The position numbers and the translations under genes are program-made. A stretch of 64,000 nt of DNA from Auanema rhodensis (taxonomy: Eukaryota; Animalia; Nematoda). This document shows positions 25,273-37,200 of this stretch, piece by piece (the first letter of the stretch is position 1; each line of letters starts with the position of its first letter). Under the pieces are notes generated by a model that searched no databases, was not told the origin of the DNA, and saw only the letters and a program-made list of their open reading frames with translations. The stretch spans positions 19,592,001 through 19,656,000 of the forward strand of contig OZ059895.1 of NCBI GenBank assembly GCA_964057225.1, given 5' to 3'.

Positions 25273-28200
25273 CTTTTTGATAAATTACTTTAAAATTTTT
25301 CGAAAAAATTTTTGTCAAAATGTTTTTGGAAGCAATGTTGAGTGTACATGGAAACTCAACATACACTAATGCATCATTATTTAAACGATCATAACTAATT
25401 TTTTTATTAAGCGTTTTTCAATGTTGTATAGTGCATTCGATGCGGAGTTTTAAGCTGCGTCGATCTGTGTTATCAGATTTGCGCTAGCTTAAAAATGCAC
25501 CGAGATATCAACTGATATAAGTTCACACTTATATCCTCGATTTTCACCCTGAAGAATTAATTTTTTCGTTGAATAACATTGTCCATCGTCTTTGCCTTGA
25601 AAAAAGGAATCTAAAAACATCTACTTTTTGATAAATTATTTTAAAATTTTTCGAAAAAATTTTTGTCAAAATGTTTTTGGAAGCAATGTTGAGTGTACAT
25701 GGAAACTCAACATACACTAATGCATCATTTTTCAAACGATCATAACTAATTTTTCTATAAAGCGTTTCTCAATGTAGTATAGTGCATTCGATGCGGATTT
25801 TTAAGCTGCGTCGATCTGTGTTATCAGATTTGCGCTAGCTTAAAAATGCCCCGAGATATCAACTGATATAAGTTCACACTTATATCCTCGATTTTCACCC
25901 TGAAGAATTAATTTTTTCGTTGAATAACATTGTCCATCGTCTTTGCCTTAAAAAAAGGAATCTAAAAACATCTACTATTCGATGAATTATTTTAAAATTT
26001 TTCGAAAAAATTTTTGTCAAAATGTTTTTGGAAGCAATGTTGAGTGTACATGGAAACTCAACATACACTAATGCATCATTTTTCAAACGATCATAACTAA
26101 TTTTTGTATTAAGCGTTTCTCAATGTAGTGTAGTGCATTCGATGCGGATTTTTAAGCTGCGTCGATCTGTGTAATCAGATTTGCGCTAGCTTAAAAATGC
26201 ACCGAGATATCAACTGATATAAGTTCACACTTATAACCTCGATTTTCACCCTGAAGAATTAATTTTTTCGTTGAATAACATTGTCCATCGTCTTTGCCTT
26301 AAAAAAAGGAATCTAAAAACATCTACTTTTTGATGAATTATTTTAAAATTTTTCGAAAAAATTTTTGTCAAAATGTTTTTGGAAGCAATGTTGAGTGTAC
26401 ATGGAAACTCAACATACACTAATGCATAATTTTTCAAACGATCATAACTAATTTTTGTATTAAGCGTTTCTCAATGTAGTATAGTGCATTCGATGCGGAT
26501 TTTTAAGCTGCGTCGATCTGTGTTATCAGATTTGCGCTAGCTTAAAAATGCACCGAGATATCAACTGATATAAGTTCACACTTATATCCTCGATTTTCAC
26601 CCTGAAGAATTAATTTTTTCGTTGAGTAACATTGTCCATCGTCTTTGCCTTAAAAAAAGGAATCTAAAAACATCTACTTTTTGATAAATTATTTTAAAAT
26701 TTTTCGAAAAAATTTTTGTCAAAATGTTTTTGGAAGCAATGTTGAGTGTACATGGAAACTCAACATACACTAATGCATAATTTTTCAAACGATCATAACT
26801 AATTTTTGTATTAAGCGTTTCTCAATGTAGTATAGTGCATTCGATGCGGATTTTTAAGCTGCGTCGATCTGTGTTATCAGATTTGCGCTAGCTTAAAAAT
26901 GCACCGAGATATCAACTGATATAAGTTCACACTTATATCCTCGATTTTCACCCTGAAGAATTAATTTTTTCGTTTAATAACATTGTCCATCGTCTTTGCC
27001 TTGAAAAAAGGAATCTAAAAACATCTACTTTTTGATAAATTATTTTAAAATTTTTCGAAAAAATTTTTGTCAAAATGTTTTTGGAAGCAATGTTGAGTGT
27101 ACATGGAAACTCAACATACACTAATGCATCATTTTTCAAACGATCATAACTAATTTTTCTATAAAGCGTTTCTCAATGTAGTATAGTGCATTCGATGCGG
27201 ATTTTTAAGCTGCGTCGATCTGTGTTATCAGATTTGCGCTAGCTTAAAAATGCACCGAGATATCAACTGATATAAGTTCACACTTATATCCTCGATTTTC
27301 ACCCTGAAGAATTAATTTTTTCGTTGAATAACATTGTCCATCGTCTTTGCCTTAAAAAAAGGAATCTAAAAACATCTACTTTTTGATGAATTATTTTAAA
27401 ATTTTTCGAAAAAATTTTTGTCAAAATGTTTTTGGAAGCAATGTTGAGTGTACATGGAAACTCAACATACACTAATGCATCATTTTTCAAACGATCATAA
27501 CTAATTTTTGTATTAAGCGTTTCTCAATGTAGTGTAGTGCATTCGATGCGGATTTTTAAGCTGCGTCGATCTGTGTTATCAGATTTGCGCTAGCTTAAAA
27601 ATGCACCGAGATATCAACTGATATAAGTTCACACTTATATCCTCGATTTTCACCCTGAAGAATTAATTTTTTCGTTGAATAACATTGTCCATCGTCTTTG
27701 CCTTAAAAAAAGGAATCTAAAAACATCTACTTTTTAATGAATTATTTTAAAATTTTTCGAAAAAATTTTTGTCAAAATGTTTTTGGAAGCAATGTTGAGT
27801 GTACATGGAAACTCAACATACACTAATGCATCATTTTTCAAACGATCATAACTAATTTTTGTATTAAGCGTTTCTCAATGTAGTATAGTGCATTCGATGC
27901 GGATTTTTAAGCTGCGTCGATCTGTGTTATCAGATTTGCGCTAGCTTAAAAATGCACCGAGATATCAACTGATATAAGTTCACACTTATATCCTCGATTT
28001 TCACCCTGAAGAATTAATTTTTTCGTTGAATAACATTGTCCATCGTCTTTGCCTTGAAAAAAGGAATCTAAAAACATCTACTTTTTGATAAATTATTTTA
28101 AAATTTTTCGAAAAAATTTTTGTCAAAATGTTTTTGGAAGCAATGTTGAGTGTACATGGAAACTCAACATACACTAATGCATCATTTTTCAAACGATCAT

Positions 28201-31200
28201 AACTAATTTTTCTATAAAGCGTTTCTCAATGTAGTATAGTGCATTCGATGCGGATTTTTAAGCTGCGTCGATCTGTGTTATCAGATTTGCGCTAGCTTAA
28301 AAATGCACCGAGATATCAACTGATATAAGTTCACACTTATATCCTCGATTTTCACCCTGAAGAATTAATTTTTTCGTTGAATAACATTGTCCATCGTCTT
28401 TGCCTTAAAAAAAGGAATCTAAAAACATCTACTTTTTGATGAATTATTTTAAAATTTTTCGAAAAAATTTTTGTCAAAATGTTTTTGGAAGCAATGTTGA
28501 GTGTACATGGAAACTCAACATACACTAATGCATCATTTTTCAAACGATCATAACTAATTTTTCTATAAAGCGTTTCTCAATGTAGTATAGTGCATTCGAT
28601 GCGGATTTTTAAGCTGCGTCGATCTGTGTTATCAGATTTGCGCTAGCTTAAAAATGCACCGAGATATCAACTGATATAAGTTCACACTTATATCCTCGAT
28701 TTTCACCCTGAAGAATTAATTTTTTCGTTGAATAACATTGTCCATCGTCTTTGCCTTAAAAAAAGGAATCTAAAAACATCTACTTTTTGATGAATTATTT
28801 TAAAATTTTTCGAAAAAATTTTTGTCAAAATGTTTTTGGAAGCAATGTTGAGTGTACATGGAAACTCAACATACACTAATGCATCATTTTTCAAACGATC
28901 ATAACTAATTTTTGTATTAAGCGTTTCTCAATGTAGTGTAGTGCATTCGATGCGGATTTTTAAGCTGCGTCGATCTGTGTTATCAGATTTGCGCTAGCTT
29001 AAAAATGCACCGAGATATCAACTGATATAAGTTCACACTTATATCCTCGATTTTCACCCTGAAGAATTAATTTTTTCGTTGAATAACATTGTCCATCGTC
29101 TTTGCCTTAAAAAAAGGAATCTAAAAACATCTACTTTTTGATGAATTATTATAAATTTTTCGAAAAAATTTTTGTCAAAATGTTTTTGGAAGCAATGTTG
29201 AGTGTACATGGAAACTCAACATACACTAATGCATCATTTTTCAAACGATCATAACTAATTTTTGTATTAAGCGTTTCTCAATGTAGTATAGTGCATTCGA
29301 TGCGGATTTTTAAGCTGCGTCGATCTGTGTTATCAGATTTGCGCTAGCTTAAAAATGCACCGAGATATCAACTGATATAAGTTCACACTTATATCCTCGA
29401 TTTTCACCCTGAAGAATTAATTTTTTCGTTGAATAACATTGTCCATCGTCTTTGCCTTGAAAAAAGGAATCTAAAAACATCTACTTTTTGATAAATTATT
29501 TTAAAATTTTTCGAAAAAATTTTTGTCAAAATGTTTTTGGAAGCAATGTTGAGTGTACATGGAAACTCAACATACACTAATGCATCATTTTTCAAACGAT
29601 CATAACTAATTTTTCTATAAAGCGTTTCTCAATGTAGTATAGTGCATTCGATGCGGATTTTTAAGCTGCGTCGATCTGTGTTATCAGATTTGCGCTAGCT
29701 TAAAAATGCACCGAGATATCAACTGATATAAGTTCACACTTATATCCTCGATTTTCACCCTGAAGAATTAATTTTTTCGTTGAATAACATTGTCCATCGT
29801 CTTTGCCTTAAAAAAAGGAATCTAAAAACATCTACTTTTTGATGAATTATTTTAAAATTTTTCGAAAAAATTTTTGTCAAAATGTTTTTGGAAGCAATGT
29901 TGAGTGTACATGGAAACTCAACATACACTAATGCATCATTTTTCAAACGATCATAACTAATTTTTGTATTAAGCGTTTCTCAATGTAGTGTAGTGCATTC
30001 GATGCGGATTTTTAAGCTGCGTCGATCTGTGTTATCAGATTTGCGCTAGCTTAAAAATGCACCGAGATATCAACTGATATAAGTTCACACTTATATCCTC
30101 GATTTTCACCCTGAAGAATTAATTTTTTCGTTGAATAACATTGTCCATCGTCTTTGCCTTAAAAAAAGGAATCTAAAAACATCTACTTTTTGATGAATTA
30201 TTTTAAAATTTTTCGAAAAAATTTTTGTCAAAATGTTTTTGGAAGCAATGTTGAGTGTACATGGAAACTCAACATACACTAATGCATCATTTTTCAAACG
30301 ATCATAACTAATTTTTGTATTAAGCGTTTCTCAATGTAGTATAGTGCATTCGATGCGGATTTTTAAGCTGCGTCGATCTGTGTTATCAGATTTGCGCTAG
30401 CTTAAAAATGCACCGAGATATCAACTGATATAAGTTCACACTTATATCCTCGATTTTCACCCTGAAGAATTAATTTTTTCGTTGAATAACATTGTCCATC
30501 GTCTTTGCCTTGAAAAAAGGAATCTAAAAACATCTACTTTTTGATAAATTATTTTAAAATTTTTCGAAAAAATTTTTGTCAAAATGTTTTTGGAAGCAAT
30601 GTTGAGTGTACATGGAAACTCAACATACACTAATGCATCATTTTTCAAACGATCATAACTAATTTTTGTATTAAGCGTTTCTCAATGTAGTGTAGTGCAT
30701 TCGATGCGGATTTTTAAGCTGCGTCGATCTGTGTTATCAGATTTGCGCTAGCTTAAAAATGCACCGAGATATCAACTGATATAAGTTCACACTTATATCC
30801 TCGATTTTCACCCTGAAGAATTAATTTTTTCGTTGAATAACATTGTCCATCGTCTTTGCCTTAAAAAAAGGAATCTAAAAACATCTACTTTTTGATGAAT
30901 TATTTTAAAATTTTTCGAAAAAATTTTTGTCAAAATGTTTTTGGAAGCAATGTTGAGTGTACATGGAAACTCAACATACACTAATGCATCATTTTTCAAA
31001 CGATCATAACTAATTTTTCTATAAAGCGTTTCTCAATGTAGTATAGTGCATTCGATGCGGATTTTTAAGCTGCGTCGATCTGTGTTATCAGATTTGCGCT
31101 AGCTTAAAAATGCACCGAGATATCAACTGATATAAGTTCACACTTATATCCTCGATTTTCACCCTGAAGAATTAATTTTTTCGTTGAATAACATTGTCCA

Positions 31201-34200
31201 TCGTCTTTGCCTTAAAAAAAGGAATCTAAAAACATCTACTTTTTGATGAATTATTTTAAAATTTTTCGAAAAAATTTTTGTCAAAATGTTTTTGGAAGCA
31301 ATGTTGAGTGTACATGGAAACTCAACATACACTAATGCATCATTTTTCAAACGATCATAACTAATTTTTGTATTAAGCGTTTCTCAATGTAGTGTAGTGC
31401 ATTCGATGCGGATTTTTAAGCTGCGTCGATCTGTGTTATCAGATTTGCGCTAGCTTAAAAATGCACCGAGATATCAACTGATATAAGTTCACACTTATAT
31501 CCTCGATTTTCACCCTGAAGAATTAATTTTTTCGTTGAATAACATTGTCCATCGTCTTTGCCTTAAAAAAAGGAATCTAAAAACATCTACTTTTTGATGA
31601 ATTATTTTAAAATTTTTCGAAAAAATTTTTGTCAAAATGTTTTTGGAAGCAATGTTGAGTGTACATGGAAACTCAACATACACTAATGCATCATTTTTCA
31701 AACGATCATAACTAATTTTTGTATTAAGCGTTTCTCAATGTAGTATAGTGCATTCGATGCGGATTTTTAAGCTGCGTCGATCTGTGTTATCAGATTTGCG
31801 CTAGCTTAAAAATGCACCGAGATATCAACTGATATAAGTTCACACTTATATCCTCGATTTTCACCCTGAAGAATTAATTTTTTCGTTGAATAACATTGTC
31901 CATCGTCTTTGCCTTGAAAAAAGGAATCTAAAAACATCTACTTTTTGATAAATTATTTTAAAATTTTTCGAAAAAATTTTTGTCAAAATGTTTTTGGAAG
32001 CAATGTTGAGTGTACATGGAAACTCAACATACACTAATGCATCATTTTTCAAACGATCATAACTAATTTTTCTATAAAGCGTTTCTCAATGTAGTATAGT
32101 GCATTCGATGCGGATTTTTAAGCTGCGTCGATCTGTGTTATCAGATTTGCGCTAGCTTAAAAATGCACCGAGATATCAACTGATATAAGTTCACACTTAT
32201 ATCCTCGATTTTCACCCTGAAGAATTAATTTTTTCGTTGAATAACATTGTCCATCGTCTTTGCCTTAAAAAAAGGAATCTAAAAACATCTACTTTTTGAT
32301 GAATTATTTTAAAATTTTTCGAAAAAATTTTTGTCAAAATGTTTTTGGAAGCAATGTTGAGTGTACATGGAAACTCAACATACACTAATGCATCATTTTT
32401 CAAACGATCATAACTAATTTTTGTATTAAGCGTTTCTCAATGTAGTGTAGTGCATTCGATGCGGATTTTTAAGCTGCGTCGATCTGTGTTATCAGATTTG
32501 CGCTAGCTTAAAAATGCACCGAGATATCAACTGATATAAGTTCACACTTATATCCTCGATTTTCACCCTGAAGAATTAATTTTTTCGTTGAATAACATTG
32601 TCCATCGTCTTTGCCTTAAAAAAAGGAATCTAAAAACATCTACTTTTTGATGAATTATTTTAAAATTTTTCGAAAAAATTTTTGTCAAAATGTTTTTGGA
32701 AGCAATGTTGAGTGTACATGGAAACTCAACATACACTAATGCATCATTTTTCAAACGATCATAACTAATTTTTGTATTAAGCGTTTCTCAATGTAGTATA
32801 GTGCATTCGATGCGGATTTTTAAGCTGCGTCGATCTGTGTTATCAGATTTGCGCTAGCTTAAAAATGCACCGAGATATCAACTGATATAAGTTCACACTT
32901 ATATCCTCGATTTTCACCCTGAAGAATTAATTTTTTCGTTGAATAACATTGTCCATCGTCTTTGCCTTGAAAAAAGGAATCTAAAAACATCTACTTTTTG
33001 ATAAATTATTTTAAAATTTTTCGAAAAAATTTTTGTCAAAATGTTTTTGGAAGCAATGTTGAGTGTACATGGAAACTCAACATACACTAATGCATCATTT
33101 TTCAAACGATCATAACTAATTTTTGTATTAAGCGTTTCTCAATGTAGTGTAGTGCATTCGATGCGGATTTTTAAGCTGCGTCGATCTGTGTTATCAGATT
33201 TGCGCTAGCTTAAAAATGCACCGAGATATCAACTGATATAAGTTCACACTTATATCCTCGATTTTCACCCTGAAGAATTAATTTTTTCGTTGAATAACAT
33301 TGTCCATCGTCTTTGCCTTAAAAAAAGGAATCTAAAAACATCTACTTTTTGATGAATTATTTTAAAATTTTTCGAAAAAATTTTTGTCAAAATGTTTTTG
33401 GAAGCAATGTTGAGTGTACATGGAAACTCAACATACACTAATGCATCATTTTTCAAACGATCATAACTAATTTTTGTATTAAGCGTTTCTCAATGTAGTG
33501 TAGTGCATTCGATGCGGATTTTTAAGCTGCGTCGATCTGTGTTATCAGATTTGCGCTAGCTTAAAAATGCACCGAGATATCAACTGATATAAGTTCACAC
33601 TTATATCCTCGATTTTCACCCTGAAGAATTAATTTTTTCGTTGGATAACATTGTCCATCGTCTTTACCTTAAAAAAAGGAATCTAAAAACATCTACTTTT
33701 TGATGAATTATTTTAAAATTTTTCGAAAAAATTTTTGTCAAAATGTTTTTGGAAGCAATGTTGAGTGTACATGGAAACTCAACATACACTAATGCATCAT
33801 TTTTCAAACGATCATAACTAATTTTTGTATTAAGCGTTTCTCAATGTAGTGTAGTGCATTCGATGCGGATTTTTAAGCTGCGTCGATCTGTGTTATCAGA
33901 TTTGCGCTAGCTTAAAAATGCACCGAGATATCAACTGATATAAGTTCACACTTATATCCTCGATTTTCACCCTGAAGAATTAATTTTTTCGTTGAATAAC
34001 ATTGTCCATCGTCTTTGCCTTAAAAAAAGGAATCTAAAAACATCTACTTTTTGATAAATTATTTTAAAATTTTTCGAAAAAATTTTTGTCAAAATGTTTT
34101 TGGAAGCAATGTTGAGTGTACATGGAAACTCAACATACACTAATGCATCATTTTTCAAACGATCATAACTAATTTTTGTATTAAGCGTTTCTCAATGTAG

Positions 34201-37200
34201 TGTAGTGCATTCGATGCGGATTTTTAAGCTGCGTCGATCTGTGTTATCAGATTTGCGCTAGCTTAAAAATGCACCGAGATATCAACTGATATAAGTTCAC
34301 ACTTATATCCTCGATTTTCACCCTGAAGAATTAATTTTTTCGTTGAATAACATTGTCCATCGTCTTTGCCTTAAAAAAAGTAATCTAAAAACAGCTACTT
34401 TTTGATAAATTATTTTAAAATTTTTCGAAAAAATTTTTGTCAAAATGTTTTTGGAAGCAATGTTGAGTGTACATGGAAACTCAACATACACTAATGCATC
34501 ATTTTTTAAACGATCATAACTGATTTTTCTATTAAGCGTTTTTCAATGTAGTATAGTGCATTCGATGCGGATTTTTAAGCTGCGTCGATCTGTGTTATCA
34601 GATTTGCGCTAGCTTAAAAATGCACCGAGATATCAACTGATATAAGTTCACACTTATATCCTCGATTTTCACCCTGAAGAATTAATTTTTTCGTTGAATA
34701 ACATTGTCCATCGTCTTTGCCTTAAAAAAAGGAATCTAAAAACATCTACTTTTTGATGAATTATCTTAAAATTTTTCGAAAAAATTTTTGTCAAAATGTT
34801 TTTGGAAGCAATGTTGAGTGTACATGGAAACTCAACATACACTAATGCATCATTTTTCAAACGATCATAACTAATTTTTGTATTAAGCGTTTCTCAATGT
34901 AGTATAGTGCATTCGATGCGGATTTTTAAGCTGCGTCGATCTGTGTTATCAGATTTGCGCTAGCTTAAAAATGCACCGAGATATCAACTGATATAAGTTC
35001 ACACTTATATCCTCGATTTTCACCCTGAAGAATTAATTTTTTCGTTGAATAACATTGTCCATCGTCTTTGCCTTAAAAAAAGGAATCTAAAAACATCTAC
35101 TTTTTGATGAATTATTTTAAAATTTTTCGAAAAAATTTTTGTCAAAATGTTTTTGGAAGCAATGTTGAGTGTACATGGAAACTCAACATACACTAATGCA
35201 TCATTTTTCAAACGATCATAACTAATTTTTGTATTAAGCGTTTCTCAATGTAGTATAGTGCATTCGATGCGGATTTTTAAGCTGCGTCGATCTGTGTTAT
35301 CAGATTTGCGCTAGCTTAAAAATGCACCGAGATATCAACTGATATAAGTTCACACTTATATCCTCGATTTTCACCCTGAAGAATTAATTTTTTCGTTGAA
35401 TAACATTGTCCATCGTCTTTGCCTTGAAAAAAGGAATCTAAAAACATCTACTTTTTGATAAATTATTTTAAAATTTTTCGAAAAAATTTTTGTCAAAATG
35501 TTTTTGGAAGCAATGTTGAGTGTACATGGAAACTCAACATACACTAATGCATCATTTTTCAAACGATCATAACTAATTTTTGTATTAAGCGTTTCTCAAT
35601 GTAGTGTAGTGCATTCGATGCGGATTTTTAAGCTGCGTCGATCTGTGTTATCAGATTTGCGCTAGCTTAAAAATGCACCGAGATATCAACTGATATAAGT
35701 TCACACTTATATCCTCGATTTTCACCCTGAAGAATTAATTTTTTCGTTGAATAACATTGTCCATCGTCTTTGCCTTAAAAAAAGGAATCTAAAAACATCT
35801 ACTTTTTGATGAATTATTTTAAAATTTTTCGAAAAAATTTTTGTCAAAATGTTTTTGGAAGCAATGTTGAGTGTACATGGAAACTCAACATACACTAATG
35901 CATCATTTTTCAAACGATCATAACTAATTTTTGTATTAAGCGTTTCTCAATGTAGTGTAGTGCATTCGATGCGGATTTTTAAGCTGCGTCGATCTGTGTT
36001 ATCAGATTTGCGCTAGCTTAAAAATGCACCGAGATATCAACTGATATAAGTTCACACTTATATCCTCGATTTTCACCCTGAAGAATTAATTTTTTCGTTG
36101 AATAACATTGTCCATCGTCTTTACCTTAAAAAAAGGAATCTAAAAACATCTACTTTTTGATGAATTATTTTAAAATTTTTCGAAAAAATTTTTGTCAAAA
36201 TGTTTTTGGAAGCAATGTTGAGTGTACATGGAAACTCAACATACACTAATGCATCATTTTTCAAACGATCATAACTAATTTTTGTATTAAGCGTTTCTCA
36301 ATGTAGTGTAGTGCATTCGATGCGGATTTTTAAGCTGCGTCGATCTGTGTTATCAGATTTGCGCTAGCTTAAAAATGCACCGAGATATCAACTGATATAA
36401 GTTCACACTTATATCCTCGATTTTCACCCTGAAGAATTAATTTTTTCGTTGAATAACATTGTCCATCGTCTTTGCCTTAAAAAAAGTAATCTAAAAACAG
36501 CTACTTTTTGATAAATTATTTTAAAATTTTTCGAAAAAATTTTTGTCAAAATGTTTTTGGAAGCAATGTTGAGTGTACATGGAAACTCAACATACACTAA
36601 TGCATCATTTTTTAAACGATCATAACTGATTTTTCTATTAAGCGTTTTTCAATGTAGTATAGTGCATTCGATGCGGATTTTTAAGCTGCGTCGATCTGTG
36701 TTATCAGATTTGCGCTAGCTTAAAAATGCACCGAGATATCAACTGATATAAGTTCACACTTATATCCTCGATTTTCACCCTGAAGAATTAATTTTTTCGT
36801 TGAATAACATTGTCCATCGTCTTTGCCTTAAAAAAAGGAATCTAAAAACATCTACTTTTTGATAAATTATTTTAAAATTTTTCGAAAAAATTTTTGTCAA
36901 AATGTTTTTGGAAGCAATGTTGAGTGTACATGGAAACTCAACATACACTAATGCATAATTTTTCAAACGATCATAACTAATTTTTGTATTAAGCGTTTCT
37001 CAATGTAGTATAGTGCATTCGATGCGGATTTTTAAGCTGCGTCGATCTGTGTTATCAGATTTGCGCTAGCTTAAAAATGCACCGAGATATCAACTGATAT
37101 AAGTTCACACTTATATCCTCGATTTTCACCCTGAAGAATTAATTTTTTCGTTGAGTAACATTGTCCATCGTCTTTGCCTTAAAAAAAGGAATCTAAAAAC

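Larger units (their letters stand above)
24120..26522. repeat. ~2.4-kb quasi-palindrome (1145-bp arms, 113-bp spacer): fold-back inverted duplication
   Basis: Mirror coordinates sum to 50642 (25264/25378, 24907/25735, 24556/26086, 24205/26437). Private variants are shared at mirror positions. Confidence 0.93.

Noticed and set aside
25564-25580. CENP-B box-like TTTCGTTGAATAACATT
   Set aside because: It matches TTCG....A but lacks the essential CGGG half.
25549-25712. Hammerhead ribozyme (CTGAAGA matches CUGANGA; downstream GAAA motifs), as known in some animal satellites
   Set aside because: I could not build stems I-III around the core. No stem II closes onto a GAAA, and the ATGTTGAGT/GAAACTCAACAT stem encloses only 7 further nt with no CUGANGA and has G at the cleavage position. 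An Infernal/RNAMotif search on a dimer would settle it.
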